Assembly: GCA_965205505.1 (NCBI GenBank)
Contig: CBDBHB010000007.1
Coordinates: 32,001-96,000 of the forward strand
Reading direction: 5' to 3'
DNA: 64,000 nt
From: Acidobacteriota bacterium
GTDB lineage: Bacteria; Acidobacteriota; UBA890; WLXD01
The notes under the pieces are model-generated. The model saw nothing but the letters and a program-made list of their open reading frames with translations. It was not told the DNA's origin and made no database searches. Of the stretch, positions 10,154-18,855 are shown in pieces (position 1 is the first letter of the stretch; each line of letters starts with the position of its first letter). The translations under genes and the position numbers were made by a program.

Positions 10154-11262
10154 TAGATCAAGTAGCGATTCTGCTCCGAGCGTCGGGGCGTGATGGCATC
10201 GAGGAGCTGAGGCAGCAGTTGCTCGAAGGTCTCGAAGACAGCGTCCGCATTCGAGACGGACTCGTCGGCGGGAAATGATGTCTCGGCTTCGAGCGTGCCA
10301 TCGAGGAGTCTGGAGCCGTCCTCGCCGCGGAGCACGAGATAGTCGTAGGTGAGCTTGTAGACAACGTTGTCCTGGAACCGAGCGACTTCGCGTATCTCGC
10401 CGTCAGGGGAGCGGATGCGCTCGCGCACCATCTCGGACCTCGGCTCGGTATTGAGGCCGAGCGAGCCGGTGAGGATCAGATCTGCTCCGGCCTCCTCGGC
10501 ACGCTCTACCCAGAAAGCAGCATCATCCAAGATGGCCTTGCTGCGGCGCACTGGATCAAACTGCTGCTCCAGCTGGTCCTGTGTCTCGAAGAACGTGCGC
10601 TGCGTGATGCGGCGGCGCAAGTATCGTACGGCGACGTCGTTGAGGTTGGACTCCGAATCGTCGCGCGGCACGAAGTTGCCGATGAGGATGCGACTGTAGC
10701 CAGCCAGATTGGGACCCTGATCCGGGACCGAGATCATGATCTCCAGAAACCCGAGCGTCGTCGGAGCTCCTGGATACTCCTGACTAACGATCCCTGTGGG
10801 CTCCGCCGCCGACGGGTTCTCGTCGACCGCCTCCGCGTCGTCGGTCATCTTATCGGCATCTATCCGTTCCCAGATCGGGAAGAACTGCCCGTGGTTGCGC
10901 AGCACGTAGAAGCGCTCGTCGGGCTCGGCCAGACTCAGAGCTCTGTCGTAATGCTCCTTGGCTGTATCGAACTCGCCCTCGCGCTCGAAACGAACCGCCA
11001 GATTGTTGAGGGCGCGCGTGTTCACGCTGGCGACGGCGAGTGCCTTTTGCCAGCGGAACTCAGCTTCTTCCCAGTACCCTTGATCGGCGGCCGCCGCCCC
11101 CGCACGCGTCTGGTTGCCTGGCCTCTCCACCGGCGTCATGGCGCAGGACACGCCGATGCTCAAGGAGAGAACTGTCGCAGCTACAGCGACCGCCCGTGCG
11201 CCCGCGCCACGACGCATTACGGTTGGACGCCGCTTCCTACTGGTCTCGCGATAAGGAGACAT
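10150..11262 (-). CDS. TPR-containing lipoprotein
   Basis: GGAGG RBS, lipobox GVSC, TPR helices (ALNNLAV...GEFDTAKEHYDRAL); overlaps the start of the Omp85 gene. Confidence 0.75.
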   Translation of the reverse strand: MSPYRETSRKRRPTVMRRGAGARAVAVAATVLSLSIGVSCAMTPVERPGNQTRAGAAAADQGYWEEAEFRWQKALAVASVNTRALNNLAVRFEREGEFDTAKEHYDRALSLAEPDERFYVLRNHGQFFPIWERIDADKMTDDAEAVDENPSAAEPTGIVSQEYPGAPTTLGFLEIMISVPDQGPNLAGYSRILIGNFVPRDDSESNLNDVAVRYLRRRITQRTFFETQDQLEQQFDPVRRSKAILDDAAFWVERAEEAGADLILTGSLGLNTEPRSEMVRERIRSPDGEIREVARFQDNVVYKLTYDYLVLRGEDGSRLLDGTLEAETSFPADESVSNADAVFETFEQLLPQLLDAITPRRSEQNRYLIY

Positions 11263-11366
11263 AGGCCTCCAGCCTGTCGGACGAAGAGGGCGCAGGCAAG
11301 GCTGCCTACCATGCGGCGAGACAGCCTACCAAGGGGACCCGGAACATACTGGCGTGCTCGTAAGGA

Positions 11367-12389
11367 TTGAGTCTACTGATCTGTGGCTCGCGCTCGCAAG
11401 CGATACCCGTGCCCGGCGGCACACCGAGTACCTCGCGCGCCGCTGGTCGATGGCCGTCCCCTGGTGTTGTGAGCAGCACACTACGGCACTGTGAAGCATC
11501 GCGGGCGGAGAACCCGGAGTGGCCGAATGCGACGACCGTCCACCGAGGTAGCGATTCTTATCCCGAGCTTCTCAGCGCCATCCCTGATTCGCCCGGACTG
11601 CTACACGTGCAGGGGCGACTCGCCAGTCGCCCCTGTATCGCGGTGGTTGGTTCCCGCGCCTGTTCCGCCTACGGTCGCAGCGTAGCCACACGCCTCGCGG
11701 CAGATCTGGCTCGAGCCGGCCTGGTCGTGGTCTCTGGGCTGGCGCGCGGCATCGACGTCGCCGCGCACCGCGGGTGCATGGATGCGGGGGGCATGACGAT
11801 CGCCGTGCTCCCCGGCGGACTGTTTCCAGTTTACCCACGGCAGCATGTCGCGCTGGCACGCCGAATCGCCGCTTCCGGAGCGCTGGTCGCTGAGCACGAG
11901 CCCGGAACCGAGGTTGCTCGCTGGCACTTTCCCAAGCGCAACCGGATCATCGCCGCGTTGTCGTGGGCAACGGTGGTAGTCGAGGCGGCGGCCCGCAGCG
12001 GGGCACGCATCACGGCCAATCTGGCGCTCGAGTACGGCCGCGAAGTGCTGGTCGTGCCGGGTCCGATCACCTCTGCGACTTCCGCGGGGTGCCACGCGTT
12101 GCTCGCCGATGGCGCCCACCCATGCACGGGCATGGCCGATATCCTCGACCATCTACCAGCAGCCGTGACCGCCGATCTGCAACCTCCGCCGCCGCCTTCG
12201 CCGCCCGTTGAGCTCGACACACCGGCACGCGCGTTGCTCGAGCTACTGCGCCGCCGGGGCGAGCTCGGCACATCGAGAGTCGCCGAGTTGCTCGGGTGGT
12301 CGTTGGTCGATACGTTGGCAACTGTAACCAGCTTAGAGTTGCGTGGGATGGTCCGCATACGGCCAGGCAACAGAATCGAGTCCTGCTAG
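11367..12389 (+). CDS. dprA: DNA-processing protein DprA (true start probably downstream of 11367)
   Basis: YPELL..IPDSP, IAVVGSR, VSGLARGID, FPKRNRII, VEAAARSG; upstream of topA. Confidence 0.92.
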   Translation: MSLLICGSRSQAIPVPGGTPSTSRAAGRWPSPGVVSSTLRHCEASRAENPEWPNATTVHRGSDSYPELLSAIPDSPGLLHVQGRLASRPCIAVVGSRACSAYGRSVATRLAADLARAGLVVVSGLARGIDVAAHRGCMDAGGMTIAVLPGGLFPVYPRQHVALARRIAASGALVAEHEPGTEVARWHFPKRNRIIAALSWATVVVEAAARSGARITANLALEYGREVLVVPGPITSATSAGCHALLADGAHPCTGMADILDHLPAAVTADLQPPPPPSPPVELDTPARALLELLRRRGELGTSRVAELLGWSLVDTLATVTSLELRGMVRIRPGNRIESC

Positions 12390-12451
12390 ACTCAGCCGCC
12401 GCACGCATGCTCGTGCCCACTTCCTTCGTTGGGCTAGTATCAGAAACCATC

Positions 12452-15106
12452 ATGACCAAGCGCCTCGTTATCGTCGAATCACCGACCAAGGCGAAGACCC
12501 TGTCGAAGTTTCTCGGCTCGGAGTTCATCGTCGAGTCGAGTGTCGGCCATATCCGCGACTTGCCCGCCAACGCCGCGGAGATCCCCAAGCGGTACAAGGG
12601 AGAGTCCTGGGCGCGCCTCGGCGTCCAGGTCGACGAGGCGTTCAAGCCACTTTACGTCGTCCAGCCGGCGAAGAAGGCGACCATTGCCGAGCTCAAGCGC
12701 GCCCTCAAGCAAGCCGACGAGCTGCTGCTCGCTACCGATGAGGACCGCGAGGGCGAGGCGATCAGCTGGCACTTGATCGAGGTCCTCAAGCCTAAGGTCC
12801 CGGTGCGCCGCATGGTGTTCCACGAGATCACGCGCCGTGCCGTACAGGCGGCGCTCGAGCAAACTCGTGAGATCGATCACAACCTTGTTGAAGCGCAGGA
12901 AGCGCGCCGCATCATCGACCGCCTCTACGGCTACTTGGTGTCGCCGGTGCTGTGGCGCAAGGTCGCTCCGCGCCTCTCCGCCGGACGCGTCCAGAGCGTG
13001 GCGATCCGCATGCTCGTAGAGCGCGAGCGCGCCCGGATGCGATTCCGCGCCGCCGAATACTGGGACCTTACCGCCGAGTTCACAACCGGTGCCGGCGATA
13101 AGTTTGACGGTCGACTGCAGACCCTCGAGGGCGCGCAGCTCGCTCGGAGTGCCAACTTCGATCCCGATACCGGCAAGCTGAAAGACGACAACATCCGCAT
13201 GCTGGATGCGGAGACAGCTGCGACGCTGGCCACGGAGCTCAAGAGCGCTAGCTTCAGCATCGACGCGATGCACGAGCAGCCATTCAAACGCTCCCCGGCG
13301 CCGCCGTTTACCACCTCGACGCTGCAGCAGGAAGCCAACCGCAAGCTGCGCTTCCACGCACGCCGCACGATGCGCGCCGCGCAGCGCCTCTACGAGAACG
13401 GCTTCATTACCTACATGCGGACAGACTCGGTGACGCTATCTAGCGAAGCTCTCGAGCAAACGCGCGCCAGCATCGCCACTACGTACGGTCCCGAGTTTCT
13501 GCCCGACGCGCCGCGCAGGTATCGGAACAAGGTGAAGAACGCCCAGGAGGCCCACGAGGCCATACGTCCCGCCGGCAGCCGCATGGTACCGGTCAATGAA
13601 GTGCGGTCGGCGCTGAGCGAGGACGAAGCGCGCCTCTACGATCTGATTTGGAAGCGGACGATGGCATCGCAGATGCCCGACGCCAAGGGACGCCGCATGA
13701 CCGTCCACGTAACCGCAAGCGGCCCGCGAGACGCACGCTTCGTATCGCACGGCAGCGTTATCGACTTTCCCGGATTTCTGCGCGCCTATGTCGAAGGTCG
13801 GGCAGACCGCGCGGAGGCGCTCGCCGATCTCGACCGCCTCCTGCCACCGATGAATGTCGGCGAAGATGTGCTCGCCGCGCTCAGCACCGAGGACCATCAC
13901 ACAACACCACCCCGCCGTCTCACCGAAGCGGGGCTAGTCAAGGCGCTCGAGGAGTCCGGCATCGGGCGGCCGAGTACCTATGCCTCGATCATCGATACGA
14001 TCGAGCGGCGCGAGTACACCTTCCGCAAGGGCAACGCGTTGGTGCCAACATTCACCGCGTTCGCCGTGGTCAAGTTGATGCAGGAGCATCTCGAGCATCT
14101 CATCGACATCGACTTCACGGCCCGCATGGAGGATCGGCTCGACGGTATTTCACGCGGCGAGCACGAGCCGTTGCCGTATCTGAGGGAGTTTTATTTCGGC
14201 AATGGCATGCCCGGCCTGAAGTCGTTGATCGAGAACAAGGTCGAGGAAATCGATCCTCGCCAGGTGTGCTCGATCCCGTTGGGCACTGACGATGCAGGCT
14301 GGGACATCGTGGTTCGCGTAGGACGCTACGGGCCTTTCTTACAGCGCGGCGATCTGACCGCCAACATCCCCGACAAGACCTGCCCGGACGAGCTCGTCGT
14401 GGAACGCGCCACCGAGCTTATCGACGAGGCCCAAAAGGGGGACGAGCCCATCGGGTCCCACCCCGAGTCTGGGCTCCCCGTATACGTGAAACTTGGACGC
14501 TACGGCCCATACGTGCAGCTTGGCGACCCGGACCCCGACAGCAAGACCAAGCCCAAGATGGTGTCGCTACTCAAGGGAATGTCGCCGGCCGAGGTCTCAA
14601 TCGACGTCGCCCTCGAGCTCCTGAAGTTGCCCAGGGTGGTCGGGCAGGACGCCGATGGTGAGGACATCGTCGTCCACCTCGGCCGCTACGGCCCCTACAT
14701 CAAACGCGGCACCGATACCCGCAGCCTGACCGACGACGATAGCGTGCTGAAGCTACCTCTCCAGCGAGCGCTCGAGTTGTTGGCGCAGGAGAAGAGGCGG
14801 GGCCGGGCCGCCGCTAGCCAGATCAAGATCTTCGAGAATGTCGAGCAGCTCGGAGGTGCCAGCATAAAGCTACTCGCTGGTCGCTATGGACCCTACGTCA
14901 CCGACGGCGAGATCAATGCATCCCTACCCAGGGACATGACCGAGCCGACCGAGCTGTCGCTCGAGCAAGCGCTCGATCTACTAGCGCAACGTCGCGAGAG
15001 CGGACCGGTGCGTCGTAAGAAGAAGACCAGGACAAGAGCGAAGAAAAAAACCAAGCGGAAGGCGAAGAAGAAGACCAGCAAGAAGAAGGCGGCTAAGAAA
15101 GCTTGA
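12452..15106 (+). CDS. topA: DNA topoisomerase I with GRYGPY-type C-terminal repeats and Lys-rich tail
   Basis: LVIVESPTKAK, ATDEDREGE, SAGRVQS, ITYMRTDS, AHEAIRP; start placed at ATG 12452. Confidence 0.96.
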   Translation: MTKRLVIVESPTKAKTLSKFLGSEFIVESSVGHIRDLPANAAEIPKRYKGESWARLGVQVDEAFKPLYVVQPAKKATIAELKRALKQADELLLATDEDREGEAISWHLIEVLKPKVPVRRMVFHEITRRAVQAALEQTREIDHNLVEAQEARRIIDRLYGYLVSPVLWRKVAPRLSAGRVQSVAIRMLVERERARMRFRAAEYWDLTAEFTTGAGDKFDGRLQTLEGAQLARSANFDPDTGKLKDDNIRMLDAETAATLATELKSASFSIDAMHEQPFKRSPAPPFTTSTLQQEANRKLRFHARRTMRAAQRLYENGFITYMRTDSVTLSSEALEQTRASIATTYGPEFLPDAPRRYRNKVKNAQEAHEAIRPAGSRMVPVNEVRSALSEDEARLYDLIWKRTMASQMPDAKGRRMTVHVTASGPRDARFVSHGSVIDFPGFLRAYVEGRADRAEALADLDRLLPPMNVGEDVLAALSTEDHHTTPPRRLTEAGLVKALEESGIGRPSTYASIIDTIERREYTFRKGNALVPTFTAFAVVKLMQEHLEHLIDIDFTARMEDRLDGISRGEHEPLPYLREFYFGNGMPGLKSLIENKVEEIDPRQVCSIPLGTDDAGWDIVVRVGRYGPFLQRGDLTANIPDKTCPDELVVERATELIDEAQKGDEPIGSHPESGLPVYVKLGRYGPYVQLGDPDPDSKTKPKMVSLLKGMSPAEVSIDVALELLKLPRVVGQDADGEDIVVHLGRYGPYIKRGTDTRSLTDDDSVLKLPLQRALELLAQEKRRGRAAASQIKIFENVEQLGGASIKLLAGRYGPYVTDGEINASLPRDMTEPTELSLEQALDLLAQRRESGPVRRKKKTRTRAKKKTKRKAKKKTSKKKAAKKA

Positions 15107-15160
15107 GCCCAGGCGCTACGATACGCCGCTCCCGAACTCCCCGGTCATAGTTTCGCGCCG

Positions 15161-16525
15161 ATGAGCACCTATCCTGTGGTCACCGTCGTCGGCGGCGGCA
15201 TGGCCGGGTGCGAGGCCGCCTGGCAGCTCGCTCAACGCGGCATTAGCGTCCGCTTGTACGAGATGCGGCCCGGACGGCCGACGCCAGTACACAAGAGTGC
15301 GTATCTCGCGGAAATGGTGTGCAGCAATTCCCTGCGGTCCGACGGGCTCGACAACGCCGTCGGTCTATTGCACGAGGAAATGCGCCGCCTGGGGTCGCTG
15401 TTCATGGCGGCCGGCGACCGCAACCGGGTCCCCGCCGGGAAGGCGTTGGCGGTCGATCGCTGGAAATTCGCGCAGGACATGACCGCCACCATGGAAGCAG
15501 CGAGCTCAGTAGAGATTATTCGCGAGGAGGTGCGCGAGATTCCCGCGGGACCGACGATCGTAGCCACCGGCCCTCTGACATCGGAGGCACTCAGCAAGTC
15601 GATAGAACGCTTCGCGGGCAGCGAGGATCTCTACTTCTACGACGCGGTATCGCCCATCGTACGCGCCGATTCTGTAGACACCGAACGGACGTTTCTTGCC
15701 AGCCGCTACGACAAGGGTGGAGCCGACTACCTCAACTGCCCAATGACCGAAGAGGAGTTCGATCGCTTCTACGAGGCTCTGATGGACGCCGAGCTCGCCG
15801 AGTTACAGGAATTCGAGAAGGGACTCTTCTTCGAAGGCTGCCTACCGATCGAGGAACAGGGGCGTCGCGGCCGCAAGACGCTTCTGTTCGGCCCGATGAA
15901 ACCGGTGGGTCTCATCGACCCGCGTACCGGGCATCGTCCGTTCACTGTTGTCCAGCTTCGACAGGATGACCTTGCCGCCCAGCATTACTCCCTGGTCGGC
16001 TTCCAGACGCGCATGAAATGGGGCGAACAGGACCGGGTGCTACGGCTTATTCCGGCGCTCGAGAAGGCCGAGTTCGTACGCTTCGGTGTGGTGCACCGCA
16101 ACACGTACATCAACGCGCCCCGAACGCTGGCCGAGACCCTGCAAACGCGCGCCCGTGGTGACCTCTTCTTCGCCGGGCAGGTGGCAGGGACCGAGGGTTA
16201 CGTCGAATCCGCGGCCGGTGGCCTGCTGGCGGGAATCTATTGCAGCATGCTGTTGCTCGACGGCGAGATCGAGCCCGTACCCCGGACCACAGCCTTGGGG
16301 TCTTTAGCGTTCTATGTGAGCCACGCCAGCGCGGTAAACTATCAGCCGACGAATATAACCTTCGGCATCATGCCGGAGCTCGAAGAGACGACGCGTGGGC
16401 GCAGAAACCGTAAGCAGCGCCGTGAGGCACGCTCGCGCCGAGCACTTGACGAGCTCGACAAGTGGATCGAACGTGTCAGCGGCCGTTTGCGCCTGTCGGC
16501 GACCGCGCGGCAAGCTATCCGCTGA
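15161..16525 (+). CDS. trmFO: Folate/FAD-dependent tRNA (uracil-54) methyltransferase
   Basis: GGGMAGCEAA, EMVCSNS, FEGCLPIE, FGPMKPVGL, FAGQ..GTEGYVES. Confidence 0.96.
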   Translation: MSTYPVVTVVGGGMAGCEAAWQLAQRGISVRLYEMRPGRPTPVHKSAYLAEMVCSNSLRSDGLDNAVGLLHEEMRRLGSLFMAAGDRNRVPAGKALAVDRWKFAQDMTATMEAASSVEIIREEVREIPAGPTIVATGPLTSEALSKSIERFAGSEDLYFYDAVSPIVRADSVDTERTFLASRYDKGGADYLNCPMTEEEFDRFYEALMDAELAELQEFEKGLFFEGCLPIEEQGRRGRKTLLFGPMKPVGLIDPRTGHRPFTVVQLRQDDLAAQHYSLVGFQTRMKWGEQDRVLRLIPALEKAEFVRFGVVHRNTYINAPRTLAETLQTRARGDLFFAGQVAGTEGYVESAAGGLLAGIYCSMLLLDGEIEPVPRTTALGSLAFYVSHASAVNYQPTNITFGIMPELEETTRGRRNRKQRREARSRRALDELDKWIERVSGRLRLSATARQAIR

Positions 16526-16530
16526 CGAGG

Positions 16531-17205
16531 ATGACGATGTCTACGACCGTCCGCCCAGCCGTGCTCATCTTCGCGGTGGCAGCCTTAGCGTTCTCTTTGG
16601 GCTATGTGGCCTTCCCGCACTCCGAGGACGAGCATTATCCGGGCCTAGGCCTCGCGAGCGACCTCTCCGGCCTGTCACTGGACCCAGGCACTACCGCACC
16701 GGCGTTCGTCGTCAATCATCTTGATGGCTCTCCGCTGGCGTCGACCGACCTCGAGGGTAAGATCGTCGTGGTCGATTTCTGGGCGACCTGGTGCGCCCCC
16801 TGTCTGACCGAGATACCGCACTACAACAGCCTGCACGAGGAGTACGCGGATAGAGGCGTGGAAATGCTGGGCATCACCCTGCAATCCGGAAGCCAGGAGC
16901 AGGTGAGCGAGTGGATCTCCCGCCCGGTTCGCGTCGGCACGCAGGAGTTCTCGCTCGACTACCCCGTGGTGATGGGCAACGCCGACGTCGAGGCCTCGTG
17001 GGGTCCGATTTACGGGTTCCCGATGACCTATCTGGTCGACTATGAGTGGAAGATCCGCAAGAAGTGGCTGGGAGCGGTAGCCAACAAGAGCGAGCAGCTC
17101 CGGTACCTGATCGACGAGCTCATCGCTGAGCGCGCCGACGCCGGCGGCGAGGCATCGCGTGCCGGAGCAGGGGCGGATGGTGCAGTCGACCGCGACGGCG
17201 GCTGA
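16531..17205 (+). CDS. TlpA/ResA family thiol-disulfide oxidoreductase
   Basis: N-terminal TM segment, VVDFWATWCAPC, cis-Pro YGFPMT. Confidence 0.9.
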   Translation: MTMSTTVRPAVLIFAVAALAFSLGYVAFPHSEDEHYPGLGLASDLSGLSLDPGTTAPAFVVNHLDGSPLASTDLEGKIVVVDFWATWCAPCLTEIPHYNSLHEEYADRGVEMLGITLQSGSQEQVSEWISRPVRVGTQEFSLDYPVVMGNADVEASWGPIYGFPMTYLVDYEWKIRKKWLGAVANKSEQLRYLIDELIAERADAGGEASRAGAGADGAVDRDGG

Positions 17206-17229
17206 ACTGCCTCCGCTGCAGGACGCCAC

Positions 17230-18264
17230 GTGACCAGCGCGCGTTTGCTTGGCCGCGATGGGTTCCTTCAGGCGTTACACCTGGAAGACGCGGCCTCCGA
17301 ACACACGCTGCGAGCCTATCGAACCGACCTCGACCAGTTCGCCACTTTCCTATGGGCGTGGGAATCGGGAAAGGAAGCCGACTACCGTGGCAACGCGACC
17401 GGCCGGCAGACGAGCGACGGCCGCCGCGTGTCCGCAGCGGCGATCACCGCTGCTTCGGTACGCGCCTGGGCAGCCCGCATGCACGCGGCGCGACTGTCGC
17501 CGGTTACGGTCGGACGGAAGCTGGCCGCAGTCCGCTCCTTCGCCAGCTACCTGTGTCGCGAGGGAGTTCTGACCATGAATCCGGCCCGCCAGGTGCACAA
17601 CCCCAAAGTGGCTCAACGATCGCCGGCCTTCCTCACCGAGGGCGAAGTCACCAAATTGCTCGAGTTCGATGACGATTCAGCGCTCGGTGCACGCGATCGC
17701 GCCGTCCTGGAGTTGCTCTACGCGACCGGCCTGCGAGTGAGCGAGCTGGCCGGGCTCGCGGTCGAGAATGTGGACGTGGCGGGACGCTCTCTGCGCGTCG
17801 TCGGCAAGGGCGACAAGGAGCGCATCGTTCCGTTCGGCAAGCCGGCGTCAGCCGCTCTGCGCGCCTGGCTACCGATTCGCCAGCAGTGGCTCGACAACCC
17901 GCCGAAGACGGCGCGAGGATCGGCCGAAGTGCGCACCGACGCCATGGGAGCTTTGTTCTTGAGTCAACATGGACGGCGCATCGACCCTGCCGCGTTGCGG
18001 CGGGTGTTAGCGCGCCGACTCGAGGAAGCCGCCCTCACGAAACGCGTTGCCCCACACGCCTTGCGACACTCGTTTGCGACCCATTTGCTCAATGCCGGTG
18101 CCGACCTGCGGGCCATCCAAGAGCTTCTGGGCCACGCGTCGCTCGCCTCTACACAGCGGTACACGCATTTGTCGACTCGTCAGCTGCAAGACGTCCATAG
18201 GCGCTCGCACCCGCGCGCTCGGCGACGCGACCCTAACGCCCGACAGACCCGCACGGGACGCTAG
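17230..18264 (+). CDS. xerC: Tyrosine recombinase XerC-like
   Basis: LLYATGLRVSEL, GKGDKER, HALRHSFATH, LLGH...TQRY; conserved trmFO-xerC-hslVU context. Confidence 0.9.
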   Translation: MTSARLLGRDGFLQALHLEDAASEHTLRAYRTDLDQFATFLWAWESGKEADYRGNATGRQTSDGRRVSAAAITAASVRAWAARMHAARLSPVTVGRKLAAVRSFASYLCREGVLTMNPARQVHNPKVAQRSPAFLTEGEVTKLLEFDDDSALGARDRAVLELLYATGLRVSELAGLAVENVDVAGRSLRVVGKGDKERIVPFGKPASAALRAWLPIRQQWLDNPPKTARGSAEVRTDAMGALFLSQHGRRIDPAALRRVLARRLEEAALTKRVAPHALRHSFATHLLNAGADLRAIQELLGHASLASTQRYTHLSTRQLQDVHRRSHPRARRRDPNARQTRTGR

Positions 18265-18323
18265 TGCTCCTCTAGCAGGGTGCTGAAGAACTCTGCTAAC
18301 AGAGGTTTGTTGCGGGCCACTAG
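18261..18323. repeat. Stack of CTAG-delimited element-end remnants
   Basis: CTAG at 18261, 18272 and 18320; CTAGCAGGGTGCTGAAGAA end and an AACAGAGGTTTGTTGC-GGGCCACTAG fragment resembling the MITE TIR. Confidence 0.55.
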
Positions 18324-18595
18324 TGGCCTGTAACAGATGATCGTTGCGTATCGTGGTGGCGAAATGGGTCCGGATGCCAGGCGCGACGACGAGACGATGT
18401 TTGCCCATCTTCGAGGAGGAGCAACGCCGCAGACGGGCCGATTTCGCCGCCATCCTCCGGACAGATGGGCAGTTGCGGGCGATATCGGCGTTGCGCCTCG
18501 TCGACGATACCCACTGCATCGCCTTCCTCTCCGCGCCTTGAGCTTGCCCCCATCTCGTCCCAGCAATATGCAACGAACCTCTGACTCAGGCCACT
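18320..18595. mobile_element. MITE copy A (~278 bp, CTAG-bounded; right CTAG split by the IS110-family insertion)
   Basis: Left TIR CTAGTGGCCTGTAACAGATGATCGTTGCGTATCG; diverged right TIR CAATATGCAACGAACCTCTGACTCAGGCCACT; body nearly identical to 52835-53113. Confidence 0.88.
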
Positions 18596-18609
18596 TCTAT
18601 GAGAAGGCC

Positions 18610-18855
18610 TAGTTCGGTCAAGGGCAATGTGGTGGCCAGCGAAGAATCGATCTGCACGCCATGCTCCTATTCGCACTCTGGTGGACGAGGATTCAGGTCG
18701 TCCGGTGCATTCTGGGGTCCGTCCCGATTCGAGGCGCTGCAATCTAGCTGCCGAGCTCGAAGCTCGTAGTGACCTTCGCAGTCGCCCGGACCGGGCGGTC
18801 AGATCGATAACCGTTGGGTCGCGTCGCCCTACCGACCTCCTGGTTGCGGGTTAGT
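18610..18855 (-). ncRNA. Putative bridge/seek RNA of the IS1111-group element
   Basis: ~250-nt non-coding end downstream of the transposase; ATCGATCTG/CAGATCGAT closing stem, CGCCCGG/CCGGGCG hairpin, and a 10x10 internal loop whose strands match the target site. Confidence 0.75.

Noticed and set aside
17230-18264. Tyrosine recombinase next to mobile DNA as a possible integrase or integron
   Set aside because: Housekeeping trmFO-xerC-hslVU context; no IntI-specific insert, attC array or phage genes seen
18344-18541. 65-aa ORF repeated at 52859-53056, and other ORFs across the MITE
   Set aside because: Conservation is explained by the DNA repeat; no RBS or recognisable domain, and several frames are open because of high GC
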